From Octopus sinensis (taxonomy: Eukaryota), in contig NC_043018.1 of assembly GCF_006345805.1 (NCBI RefSeq), forward strand, positions 23,374,001-23,438,000: DNA of 64,000 nt, read 5' to 3'. This document shows, piece by piece, positions 1 through 11,357 of this stretch; within the stretch, counting starts at the first letter, position 1; every line of letters begins with the position of its first letter. The position numbers and the translations under genes were made by a program. The notes below the pieces were generated by a model. The model was not told the DNA's origin. It worked only from the letters and a program-made list of their open reading frames with translations, and made no database searches.

Positions 1-133
1 CACATTCCTACAGCTGAGTGAACTGGAGCAACGTGAAATATAAAGAGTCTTGCTCAAGACCACAACACACAGCCCAGTTTGCGAATTGAACACACAGCCT
101 TACGACTGCAAGGCCAATGTTCTAACCACTGAG
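1..133 (-). mobile_element. tRNA-headed SINE (family C), 5' part
   Basis: Minus strand reads gctcagtggttagaac (A-box-like), gttcaatt (B-box-like), then cttgagcaagac...tcacgttgctccagttcactcagctg, shared with copies at 22477, 29640 and, more diverged, 28660 and 56290. Confidence 0.7.
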
Positions 134-267
134 CTGTTGTATGGAATGGTACATATGAGGCTGTTATGGATTTATGGTTTGCATTTAGTTGCTCTTTCAG
201 GGTACACTATAGTCTGCTGGGTCAGAACTGACCAGGAGCTAAATTACAAAAACAACAACATCATATA

Positions 268-679
268 GGTGCAGGAGTGGCTGTGTGGTAAGTAGCTTGC
301 AAACCAACCACATGGTTCCGGGTTCAGTCCCACTGTGTGGCATCTTGGGCAAGTGTCTTCTGCTATAGCCTCGGGGCAACCAAAGCCTTGTTAGTGGATT
401 GGTGTAGCGAAACTGACTGAAAGAAGCCGTCGTATATAGGTATATATATATAATATATATGTGTGTGCGTGTATGTTTGTGCATCTGTGTTTGTTCCCTA
501 GCATTGCTTGACAACCGATGCTGGTGTGTTTATGTCCCCGTCACTTAGCGGTTTGGCAAAACAGACCAATAGAATAAGTACTGGGCTTACAAAGAATAAG
601 TCCCGGGGTCGATTTGCTTGACTAAAGGCGGTGCTCCAGCATGGCCGCAGTCAAAATGACCGAAAGAAGTAAAAGAGTA
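268..679 (+). mobile_element. Bipartite tRNA/CORE-type SINE (family A, octopus OR-like)
   Basis: Head ggtgcaggagtggctgtgtggtaag, B-box gggttcagtcc, CORE-like cttgggcaagtgtctt, internal (TA/TG)n, 3' half ending in (aaagagta) repeats; about 20 copies in the window. Confidence 0.85.
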
Positions 680-1376
680 TACTGCCGTCTTCCATAAAAA
701 AAAGAAACCCATGAAGCCGGGTGCCAGGGTATGTAATGAAAAATAACTAAAACAACCAATACAGGCTGAGGCTGTTATGAATCTACAGTTTGCATCTAGT
801 TGCTTCTTCTGAGCACCAACATGCTATAGGCCTGCTGGATCATAACTGACCTTGGGCTATTACAACAACACTACAGGCTGGGTGCTTATGTACCTTGTGT
901 AAAACAACAAAACGCAACTGCGGGTTGCTTATTCAAAGTAAAAGGTTATAGTTGCTGTGTTTCTGCATAAAAATAGCAACTTAAGAATAACGAACACCAA
1001 TCTTACACCCTGCTCTTTCACTTCTGCTGGTTTCTTCAGTTACAGCTTCTAAGACAACCAAAACACTTACAACACACCACCATCACCACAACCACCACCA
1101 TCACCACAGCCACCACCATCACTGCCAATAACCACCACCACCACCACCACTGTTTTGTCCCCTCATTGCAGCACCCTCCCGCCACACACGCATACACCCT
1201 TTCGCACACACATTCTTACGATTACACAAATTCTCACAGAGATGCATTAATATCTTGAGAGTAAGCAGATTTCTTTCATAGTTTTTGTTAAATACTACAC
1301 CTTGCAGGTGTATGTGTGCATCTATGCATATATATATATATATTCACACATACAAGTGTGTGTGTGTGTGAGCACA

Positions 1377-1418
<42 letters not shown>

Positions 1419-1450
1419 TGTATATATGTAATGTAAATTTTATATATATA

Positions 1451-1860
1451 TGTAAAAAGCACCATCTGTTCGTGGCCATTTGCCAGACTCGTCTGGCACC
1501 ACCATCCGTTCGTGGCCGTTGCCAGCGCCGTCCCGACTGGCTTCGTGCCGGTGGCACGTAAAAAGCACTGTCCGTTCGTGGCTGTTGCCAGCCTTGCCTG
1601 GCCCTCGTGCCAGTGGCACGCAAAAAGCACCATCCATCTGTGGTCGTTTGCCAGCTCCGTCTGGCACCTGTGCGGGTGGCATGTAAAAAGCACCCACTAC
1701 ACTCACGGAGTGGTTGGCATTAGGAAGGGCATCCAGCCGTAGAAACACTGCCAGATCAGACTGGGCCTGATGCAGCCTTCTGGCTTCACAGACCCCAGTT
1801 GAACCGTCCAACCCATGCTAGCATGGAAGCAGACGCTAAATGATGATGATGATGATGATG

Positions 1861-1862
<2 letters not shown>
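1451..1862 (+). mobile_element. RTE-tailed non-autonomous retroelement (family B) with internal ~55-bp tandem modules
   Basis: Repeated tggcacgtaaaaagcacc modules, then ggttggcattaggaagggcatccagcc and a 3' tail ending in (gat)n; about 15 copies in the window. Confidence 0.8.
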
Positions 1863-1911
<49 letters not shown>

Positions 1912-1944
1912 CTATATATATATATATATACATACACACATATA

Positions 1945-1992
<48 letters not shown>

Positions 1993-2348
1993 TATATATA
2001 TATATACATACACACATATATATATGTATATATATATATATGTAATATGTATGAACTGGACAAGAGGTAGGGGTGGAAAGTAAACAAGGAATGAAAGAAG
2101 GCTAAACTATTTTGGTAGAGAGACATTAGCATTAAGAGTTTCATCTATCAGATATTTCTAAAGACAATTCTGAAAATAAACACTTGTTGATATAGACTGG
2201 AATTTTAAAATATTGTCAGACAACCCCCCCCCACACACACACACACAACACAACACACTTATATACAGACACACACACACACAGGTATATATCTGTCTGT
2301 TTCTCTCTCTCTCTCTCTCTTAATATATATATATATATATATATATGC

Positions 2349-2566
2349 CGGAGTAAACACATAAATGTGAAACAAGGTGGAAAAAAGAGTACCCAAATAC
2401 CAGAGTAGAGTAATATGCTTTATTTAAAGCAGCAGAAAATTCAACAAAACCTGTTACTCTGAGGTTCCCGTTGCCGTTCATCGGACAGTTTTTGCTAGAA
2501 AAAACTGTCCGATGAACGGCAACGGAAACAGGTTTTGTTGAATTTTCTGCTGCTTTAAATAAAGTA
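2349..2566. mobile_element. Penelope-like terminal fragment forming an inverted repeat within (TA)n
   Basis: Arms ~2416-2493 and ~2499-2566 are reverse complements; (TA)n on both sides; each arm carries a hammerhead-like motif. Confidence 0.6.
2451..2488 (-). ncRNA. Degenerate type-I hammerhead ribozyme (CCGAUGA core variant)
   Basis: Minus: ctgt-CCGATGA-a-cg gcaa cg-ggaac-ctc a gag-TA-acag; stem I ctgt/acag; GAAA mutated in this arm; plus arm 2504-2531 retains ccgatga...gaaac but lacks stem III. Confidence 0.45.
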
Positions 2567-2780
2567 TATATATATATATATGAATAATAGTTTCAAATTT
2601 TGCCACAAGGACAGCCATTTTGGGGGAGGGTACTAGGGTACTAGTCGGTTGCATCGACCCAGTGTTTCTCTGGTTCTTAATTTATCGACCTCGAAAGACT
2701 GAAAGGCAAAGTAAAACATATGAATAATAAAAAATGGATTGAGCAACATGCTTTATTGCATAACATCACAATTCTTTCAT

Positions 2781-3837
2781 CGTTGCGTTGCGTTTGTAGA
2801 CTATGAGAAGGCCTCCAATAGCGTTGAAACCAACGCAGTGCTGAACTCACTGCAGAGGCATGGAGTCGAGGTGCAATATGTGCAACTGCTCAGGGAGGCA
2901 GATTCCGGATGCACCACCGACATAGCTCTACTGTCATCACCTGTATGAGTGCCGGTCGAGAAGGGAGTGAAACAAGGAGATACGATATCCCCAAAACTTT
3001 TCACCGCATGTCTCGAACAGATCATCAGAAGCATCGACTGGCAAGGCAGTGTCAACATCAATGGCAAGCTCCTCACCCATCTCCATTTCGCTGACACATT
3101 GTACTCATCGCTGAAACCACGAGTCAGCTTCAGACCATGCTGACGGAGCTCGACATCAAAAGCTCTGCAATAGGTCTCAAGATGAACCGCATGAAAATGA
3201 AGTTCATGCGGTCAGACAACGTACCAACAGGTCGAATGGTGATCGGCAGTGATGAAATAGAGGAGGTAAAGGAATATGTCTACCTGGGACAGGAAGTGAA
3301 TATGTGCTGAGATATCAAAAAGGAAATCAAAAAGGAAATCTCACGGAGAGTAAGGGCTGGATGGGAAGCGTTTAATGGCATAAGGGATGTGCTCAAGGGA
3401 AGGTTGGACAGGACCACCCGCGCCAACCTCATCAACAGTACAGTTCTACCTGCAATGTTATATGAAACATGGGCTACCATAAAGTGAGAAGAGCAGAGAC
3501 TGGTAACAGCTCAAAGAGCCATGGAAAGGTCAATGCTTCGTATCTCGTTGAGAGAGCACATCTGTAGCGAGATCATCAGAAAAAAGTCCGGTGTGAGGGA
3601 TGTCATCAAAGAGTATACACACAGATGGGCTAGACACATTGCCTCCGCGCAGTTGTTGAGTGGTACCCGCACAAGCGGAAACGATCACCCGGAAGGCCTC
3701 CACGACGGTGGAGCTACGATTTCAGGAGGACGATTGGGATCACGTGGATGAGAAAGGCGCAATCCATAGAGGAGTGGACAGAGTGCTGTGACCAGCGGTG
3801 TCAAATGGACGCCTGACGGACTGGTCAGACAAGGTGA
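2781..3837 (+). pseudogene. 5'-truncated RTE-clade LINE, reverse transcriptase C-terminal region with frameshifts and stops
   Basis: VAFVDYEKA, KGVKQGDTISPKLF, HLHFAD, EYVYLGQ, QRAMERSMLRISLR, RWARHI: non-LTR RT motifs typical of RTE; ends at (TA)n. Confidence 0.9.
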
Positions 3838-4017
3838 TATATATATATATATATATATATCTATATATATATATATATATAAAAGATACAAGGAGTTTTC
3901 ATCATGGGTGGCTGAAACTAATAGGTATGCGCTCTGAGTACTCAAATATGTATACCACTAAGATTCTGGTTTGAACTGAAGTTGAAGTTGTGATTTTGTG
4001 ACTGCTTTATTGAATGC

Positions 4018-4400
4018 AGCTGGAAGGGATACTGGGAGGTGGCCATGGATTTGGAAAGATTATTATGTCCATTCATAAAAACAACAAAAAAACCCAGCTT
4101 AATCCTCTAGAATACAGGCTGGAAAATTGGAATTTTGCTAGATCTGACAGTGCCGTGGGAAGAGAACATTGCTAATGTAGAGCTTCAGAAGGAGAGGAGG
4201 TATGAGAAATTAACCAAAGAGTGTGGGGAACGGAGGTGGACTGTTGAGTATTACCACCTGGCAGTGGGGGCTAGAGATTTCATTGAAAGGAAAATGGTAA
4301 TGTTATTCAAAAGAAGCACAGAAATGAGAAAAGTAATAAGGAGGATACAGGAGGCAGTCGACAAAGCCAGCTTCTAAATATGGCTAAAACGAGAAGTCTC
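4018..4400 (+). pseudogene. Restriction-like endonuclease C-terminus of an RLE non-LTR retrotransposon (HERO/NeSL-like)
   Basis: LDLTVPWEENI...KERRYEKL...W...AVGARDF...AVDKASF*IWLKR matches the ELTVPWE...K..KY...EVG.RG...WLWLKR pattern. Confidence 0.75.
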
Positions 4401-5501
4401 AAGAAGACATGCAGACTTGGAAATAGAGTCACCAGGTGAGGCTGGCTGGCACCAGGTAAGGCATTGCTGCTTGACAAGTGGGCCAAGGAAACCATTTCAT
4501 TCATTGCATGCCCTCCTCCCCAATAGTTCGAAGGCTTGTACCACGAGACAGCTAGTTGGCTCTGGCTGCTGGAGCTGAAACATACACGACTCTGTTGGAA
4601 GGTAGATCTAGAGAGGGCATGGGCCAAAACTATGTGGCCTTCCCCTCCATTGGTCAGTTGAAGGTCATGTGACATTTAGCTGGTGCTGGCTGCAGGAGCC
4701 TACTGGGGAGTATTTAAAGGGAAATTTGGTAGGATGGTCATTCACCTGCTGACATTCGTTGACACTGCATCAAAGAACAAAAAAAACAAAGAAAAAACAC
4801 ACTCGACACCAGAGCTGAAGACACCTCCAAAAGGAAGGAGGCTGCCATGTCGAAAACAGTAGAGGAGTTTGGGTCGAAACTGGATGTGGTTCCTCTTGAT
4901 GATGACCTCAGCCCTGGATCCTATAAAGGAGTTGTTGAGGTAGCAAACCATGAAAAGTGGATGGAATTCCTCCATGACAAATATATTTTACATTCTTCAT
5001 TATTTTTATTAATTAATTGAAACAAAGGTGAAGTATTTCAACAGAAATATGGTAACAAAAAGGTTAAGAGGCTAATGATGATGATGATGGTAGTGGTGGC
5101 AGTAATGGCAACGGGGGTGACAGTGTTGGTGGTGGCAATTTCATTTACAAAATCTCTGCATGTATGTGTGTGTGTACCAAAGTATATCTTATTCTGTAGT
5201 CAATACAGATTACCTGCTGTGATAATGGACAAGAAGATTAACTAAAAACAAAACAAAAAAAGACTAATCAGAGGAAAGAAGAGAAGAGAGAGAGAGAAAA
5301 GATGGGAGATGGGTGATGCAGACAGATATTATGCACAAATAAAACATAAGCACATGCACACACACATACGTAGGTGCATGTGTGTGTGTGTGGGGATGTG
5401 ATATGTGATATAAACAGGGGTTGCCTCATAAATTAACATAGATTAGAATACATTTTTCAGATATTTCCAGCATGCATTTGTGCTGAACACCTTTGTTTTA
5501 C

Positions 5502-5542
<41 letters not shown>

Positions 5543-6266
5543 AAAACACACACACACATACACACAGAGCAACAGACATTTGTACATTACTGCATATACT
5601 TTATACACACTTTCTGACAAGTTGTGGTGCACCTGAGCACTGTATACAATAATTTCATTATTATTATTATTATTATTTGTTTTTATGTTAAAACAAAATA
5701 AAAATTTATTGCATTAAACTGAAGGATCACTCAATACAGTTGGTAGAGTACAAAATTATTATTCTTTAACAAGAAAAGTATTGACAGTGACTTCAAAGTA
5801 TCATCAGACTGTAATAAACTTCAAATTCACTGTCAATACTATTCTTATTTGACAATTATACACACACACACACACACACACATGATGAACTCCCCTACTA
5901 GTTTCAACATCTGAGGATCTGACAACCTACATTTTCTTTGTCAGTCATAATGCTTGTGTCAAATGTGACATTTGAGCCCTGCCAATGACTTGCAAAAATG
6001 CTCACAGATGTTGCAAATATGAGGATTATTGGTTAGTGCAGGCTGTATATTTGCAGCTGCTTTTTTTCATTTACCTGGTGCACCTAAGCCTGTTAATGCT
6101 GCTAAATTTACAATAATGAATGCTCACATACACACATACAATTCTCACCCACACATGCCATCATGCACACAAACACAAGTTAACATACATACATACATAC
6201 ACACAGATATAAATATTATCTTGTTTGTTTCAGTCATATGACTGTGGCTATGCTGGAGCACCACCT

Positions 6267-6326
<60 letters not shown>

Positions 6327-6330
<4 letters not shown>

Positions 6331-6880
6331 TCATCATCATCATCATTTAACGTCCGCTTTCCATGCTAGCATGGGTTGGACGGTTCAACTGGAGTCTGGG
6401 GAGCCCGAAGGCTGCACCAGGCCAGTCAGATCTGGCAGTGTTTCTACAGCTGGATGCCCTTCCTAACGCCAACCACTCCGAGAGTGTAGGGGTGATTTTA
6501 TGTGCCACCGACACAGGTGCCAGACGAGGCTGGCGAACGGCCACGCTCGGATGGGTTTTTTATGTGCCACCGACACAGGTGCCAGACGAGGCTGGCAGAC
6601 GGCCACGCTCGGTGGTGTTTTTATGTGCCAACCGACACAAGTGCCAGATGAGGCTGGCGAACGGCCACGATCGGATGGTGTTTGTTACGTGCCCACAGCA
6701 CGGAGGCCAGTCGATGCGGTACTGGCTACGACCACGTTCGGATGGTTTTCTTGTGTGCCACCGGCACTGGTACCACAAAGATACAAATTCCATTGATGTT
6801 CATCTGTTTTGATTTGGTTTGATTTTCACTTGCCTCAACAGGTCTTCACAAGTGTCACACACTTGCCTCAACAGGTCTTA
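6327..6880 (-). mobile_element. Family B RTE-tailed element with about 5 internal modules
   Basis: (cat)n ttaacgtccgctttccatgctagcatggg tail; repeated tttttatgtgccaccgacaca units. Confidence 0.85.
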
Positions 6881-6937
6881 TCAGAAATATTAAATTTCTA
6901 AATATCTCAGAGATATGTACGGTGGTGGAGCGATAGA

Positions 6938-7168
6938 ATGGTTGTATACAGTCAACTTAACATGACAGTCCCGTAAGGGAATTACACCACCGCTGTTTAG
7001 CCCTAGGAAGCATCGACGCTTCCTGTCGGCCTTGACACATTTCCTGAAATATATAAGGACACAGGAAATGTGTCAAAGCTGACAGGAAGCGTTGATGCTT
7101 CCTAGGGCTAAACAGAGGTGGTGTAATTCCCTTTACGGGACTGTCACGTTAAGTCGACAGTATACAAC

Positions 7169-7170
<2 letters not shown>
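6938..7170. repeat. Foldback inverted repeat (~108-bp arms) ending in (TA)n
   Basis: ~6938-7045 is the reverse complement of ~7061-7170 with few mismatches; related sequence at ~61987-62100. Confidence 0.75.
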
Positions 7171-7228
<58 letters not shown>

Positions 7229-7230
7229 CT

Positions 7231-7377
7231 GGAGAAGCACATTAGTTGGTTCATCAGCTTTAGGATATTAGTATGTTGACTTATTTATCAAAATGACAAT
7301 GGTTGTCGTTTTGATAAATAAATAAGTCAACATTTTAATATCCTAAAAGTTGATGAATATCCTAAAGTTGCTTCTCC
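7231..7377. repeat. Imperfect palindrome adjacent to (TA)n
   Basis: ggagaagca...ttaggatatt...gttgacttatttatcaaaatgacaa mirrored by ttgtcgttttgataaa...taagtcaac...aatatcctaa...tgcttctcc. Confidence 0.6.
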
Positions 7378-7600
7378 ATTTTCTTATTTGCTATATAAAT
7401 TAATGGTAAAATATTTCTTTATTCTACAGCTGAAACTCACTAATTTCCAGCCAAATATTGATGCAACAAACAGTATTCACCAGATACATATTTCACATTG
7501 AATATTCCGACTATATCAATATAATATGATGGAATTTTTATTGTTCTTTATCAATTTCATTAAGTATTTTCATTAAATTTATTTGAATATTTCTGTTTAT

Positions 7601-7968
7601 CAACCACATGGTTCCGGGTTCAGTCCCACTGCGTGGCACCTTGGGCAAGTGTCTTCTACTATAGCCTTGGGCCGACCAAAGCCTTGTGAGTGGATTTGGT
7701 AGACGGAAACTGAAAGAAGCCCGTCGTATATATGTATATATATATGTGTGTGTGTGTTTGTGTGTCTGTGTTTGTCCCCCTAGCATTGCTTGACAACTGA
7801 TGCCGGTGTGTTTATGTACCCGTTACTTAACGGTTCGGCAAAAGAGACCGATAGAATAAGTACTGGGCTTACAAAAACATAAGTTCTGGGGTTGAGTTGC
7901 TCGATTAAAGGCGGTGCTCCAGCATGGCCGCAGTAAAATTACTGAAACAAGTAAAAGAGTAAAAGAGT
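7601..7968 (+). mobile_element. Family A SINE, 5'-truncated
   Basis: Close match to 268-679. Confidence 0.85.
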
Positions 7969-8215
7969 ATTTAAAAAGCAGTAAAGACAAAAAAAAATAA
8001 GAAAAGAAAGAATGAAAGAATTATTGTCTTTTAAATTAAGAAATTTTATTTATTAATTAAACCTTTTAATTTCATTCTAAAATTTACATGATTGGAGTCG
8101 ATAAGTTATCAATGATTCCTGGAAGGGTTCGGTAATATAAAAAGTTTACCAATCCTGGAGCGAAACAGAAGTGGCTGCTCCTAACTATGGAAATTGGCAA
8201 AGAAAACATTTGTTG

Positions 8216-8252
<37 letters not shown>

Positions 8253-8576
8253 TGTGTGTGTGTGAGTGTGTGTGCGACTTTGCATAGGCCTCTGAGCAGG
8301 TATCTCCATCACAACTTGCTCTGTCATGGTCAATGCAACGATCACACACTACACACCTTCCTTCCAAGAACTGCTGTAAACAGCAGAAGTGAGCTAGCGC
8401 GTTAAAACTTAGTGCACAGGCACACCAGAATTCAAGGTCATTCTGTGCCAAGTGGCTTCACCCCACGTGCTTTAGCTTCGTTACTATGGCAACAGTCTGG
8501 ATACTTATTGATCAGACCTCGTATATTTACATTATTTACATTTGACGGATATTTGTCCTCATCTTATTTGTTGTTC

Positions 8577-8621
8577 CCACAACGTTTCGGCTGATATACC
8601 CTCCAGGCTTCATCAGGTGTC
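8577..8621 (-). ncRNA. Minimal type-I hammerhead ribozyme (left arm)
   Basis: Minus: gacac-CTGATGA-a-gcctg...cagcc-GAAA-cg-TT-gtg; one stem II mismatch relative to the right arm. Confidence 0.65.
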
Positions 8622-8689
8622 TTGGGGAAATTTCAAACCTGAGTTCTCATTCCTAAGGTATTTTTCGATGTTATTATTATTTATTATTA

Positions 8690-8730
<41 letters not shown>

Positions 8731-8965
8731 CATTATTGTTCAGGTCATTGCCTGGATCGAACTCGGAATCTTGGGGTTAGTAGCCCGCGCTCTTAACCAC
8801 TACGCCATATGCCCGTAGTGGTTAAGAGTGCGGGCTACTACCCAAGATTCCGAGTTCGATTCCAGACAATGACCTGAACAATAACAACAACAACAATAAT
8901 AATAACAACAACAACAACATCGAAAAATACCTAGGAATGAGAACCTAAGTTCGAAATTTTCCCCA

Positions 8966-9011
8966 GACACCTGATGAAGGCTGGAGGGTATATCAGCCGA
9001 AACGTTGTGTT
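8966..9011 (+). ncRNA. Minimal type-I hammerhead ribozyme (right arm)
   Basis: gacac-CTGATGA-a-ggctg(gagggtatat)cagcc-GAAA-cg-TT-gtgtt; stem I gacac/gtgtt, stem II ggctg/cagcc, palindromic stem III AACGTT. Confidence 0.8.
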
Positions 9012-10474
9012 GACAACAAATAAGATGAGGACAAATGTACGTCAAATGTAAATAATGTACATAATTCCTCATCTCTTAAATATAGAACTCGTATATTTAT
9101 ATTTGTGTAAAGGTCACGGTTGGAATGCTTCTAATCATAAATTTGTCCAATCGGAGCTAACTTGGAGCTAAATAACAACTCATTTAATTTAATAATAACT
9201 AAATAATAACTAAATAACAACACATTTAACAAACTCAATGTATGTAGTCTCTTAACAGGCTAGAAATAACAGTCAAGTCTCCTTCAAACTGTCTTAAGTA
9301 AAGTATACACACACACACATGCATACACACATACATGCATACACACACACAACACCTCCATTCATATCACGCCTCCACAATCCTTATCAAACCATCGTCG
9401 CTATAGCCGCCGCCACTCAAATAGCAGCAGTAGCAGCCACAGCAGCAGCAGCAGCAACAGCGGCAGCAGTAGCAGTAGAGGCAGCAGTTAACGACATCAG
9501 CAGTAACACTTCTTTTCCTTCTACGTCCTTCCTCCTCCCCTCGGTCATTTCCACTGTACATTCCTCCTCTCCTCCTCCTCCTCCGCCTCCCACTCCCGTC
9601 CTTACAGCTTCTTCCAGCTCACCTTAACGTCCTTGTTTACTAATATAAGCAAGCAGCTAACACGCGCGCACGCACGCGCGCATACACGCGCACACACACA
9701 AGCGTGCACTCATATTAATACATAGTTACATTGATATGTATACGCAGACACGCGCGCGCGTGCGTGCGTGCATACACGCCCAACGCATTCTCACTCACGC
9801 ATCATATCCATATTTACACACTGACATGTGCAAGCATATACACATACATACATACATACATACATATGTGTCTCTCAGACAATCAGATATACACACACAT
9901 TTAAACATACACCACACACACACACATCCTCAGATGTTAAACACATATTTATACACGCATATTTACATTTGCACACATACATATGAAGACACACACACAC
10001 ACACACACGTCCGCGCACATTCGCACTAGAATCCGATAGACAGATACACACCCACCCATTCACAGTAACAGCACCATCACCGTTACTATAAATAATGGTA
10101 AACCATACAGTCATAATAACTCTGTTTCTGCTGACATTGATATCTGTTAAGTCTGGCAGTGAACACGTTAAACCTATTGACAGTGACAGCCGAATCTGGC
10201 AACGTGCAGTTTAAAAAAAAATCATAAATAAATCACCTGACTGGTTTTGTTTTTTAATAAAATTCATCAGGGATCGTTCACCTCATTGCATAAATACCCA
10301 AGTGCACAACTACATTGTTTGAATTATACACACGAATGATTGCTGCTTTTGTTATTTGAAAAAAAAAACAAGAACTTTTACGTAATTGTGTTCGGTTGAT
10401 GACCAGGAAATTAATAACAAGTAGCATATATACAGACAAGCAAGAAGTAAATAGACACCTTTAATTTTCAAAAT

Positions 10475-11030
10475 GGATCTTTTCGGTTTGAACGGCAGCT
10501 TTTAACATAATTTCTAGGTAACTAAAAAATTTTAAACTTCGTATACTGGTAGAATGTGTTTATAAAACATCTTTTTTTCTTGGTTTTATTGAGAAAATTC
10601 TATAGTTTGTAAGATATTTGGTCTTTAATTTCTTGCATTTCGGCAATTTCAACCAATCAATGAGGTGAAAACATTCTGTGCCGTATGAATATGTCCCTCG
10701 TTTAAGAAACAGATTGGGTTTAGGGTTAGGGGTGGGGGAAGGGTATCTTTTTTTTCTTCACAAATGTAAATAAACCCAATCTGTTTCTTAAACGAGGGAC
10801 AAATTCATACGGCACAGAATGTTTTCACCTCAATAGACGATCAATGATTGGTTGAAATTGCCGAAATGCAAGAAATTAAAGACCAAATATCTTACAAACT
10901 ATAGAATTTTCTCAATAAAGCCAAGAGAAAAAGATGTTTTATAAACACATTCTACCAGTATACGAAGTTTAAAATATTTTAGTTACCTAGAAATTAAGTT
11001 CAAAACTGCCGTTCAAACCGAAAAGATCCC
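10475..11030. mobile_element. MITE with long (~230-bp) terminal inverted repeats
   Basis: ggatcttttcggtttgaacggcag ... ctgccgttcaaaccgaaaagatcc; partial second copy at 29015-29291; no clear TSD. Confidence 0.8.
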
Positions 11031-11306
11031 AGTTGTTAAACATAAATAAATCTTGGAATTAAATGGTTTTGGTTTGCTGTCGGGTGACTTTTGGCCAACC
11101 AATATGTATGCATAATAGTTATATATACCTATTTATATATATGCATGTATGATGTTATATATATATAATTATATATATATATATGATATATATATATATA
11201 TATATAAATATATTATATATGTAGGTCCCGGGTTGATCCGGGGTTAACCACAGTAAGTAAGGTACTCAATACATAGCAGAGTAAAATTAATTTATTATAT
11301 AGAAGG

Positions 11307-11357
11307 AGCTTCTACAGGACTAGTACTGTTTCATTCAAGAGAAATCTTCAGGAAGCT
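11307..11357 (-). ncRNA. Type-I hammerhead ribozyme
   Basis: Minus: agcttc-CTGAAGA-t ttc tctt gaa t-GAAA-cag tactagtc ctg-TA-gaagct; 6-bp stem I, 3-bp stems II and III. Confidence 0.75.

Larger units (their letters stand above)
8530..9087. mobile_element. Head-to-head dimer of a tRNA-headed, hammerhead-tailed element with 12-bp TSD
   Basis: Arms 8530-8814 (-) and 8815-9087 (+); A-box tggcgtagtgg, B-box gagttcgat, (AAT/AAC)n linker, hammerhead near the 3' end; ctcgtatattta at 8518-8529 and 9088-9099. Confidence 0.8.

Noticed and set aside
1451-1700. CRISPR-like repeat/spacer appearance of family B modules
   Set aside because: The spacers are homologous to each other, there are no cas genes, and the array lies inside a dispersed eukaryotic retroelement.
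4812-4865. CTGAAGA...GAAA as a hammerhead
   Set aside because: Stem II does not abut both core segments and stem I does not close.
5784-5812. Hammerhead-like acagt-CTGATGA...gaa-GTC-actgt on the minus strand
   Set aside because: Stem I closes, but stem II, a full GAAA and stem III are missing.
8750-8870. Functional tRNA genes
   Set aside because: The acceptor stem is not complete and the sequence runs into a repeat body, so these are treated as SINE heads.
9319-9627. Ala/Pro/Ser-rich ORF as a transcription-factor exon
   Set aside because: It starts in a (CA)n tract, is driven by triplet repeats and has no recognisable domain.
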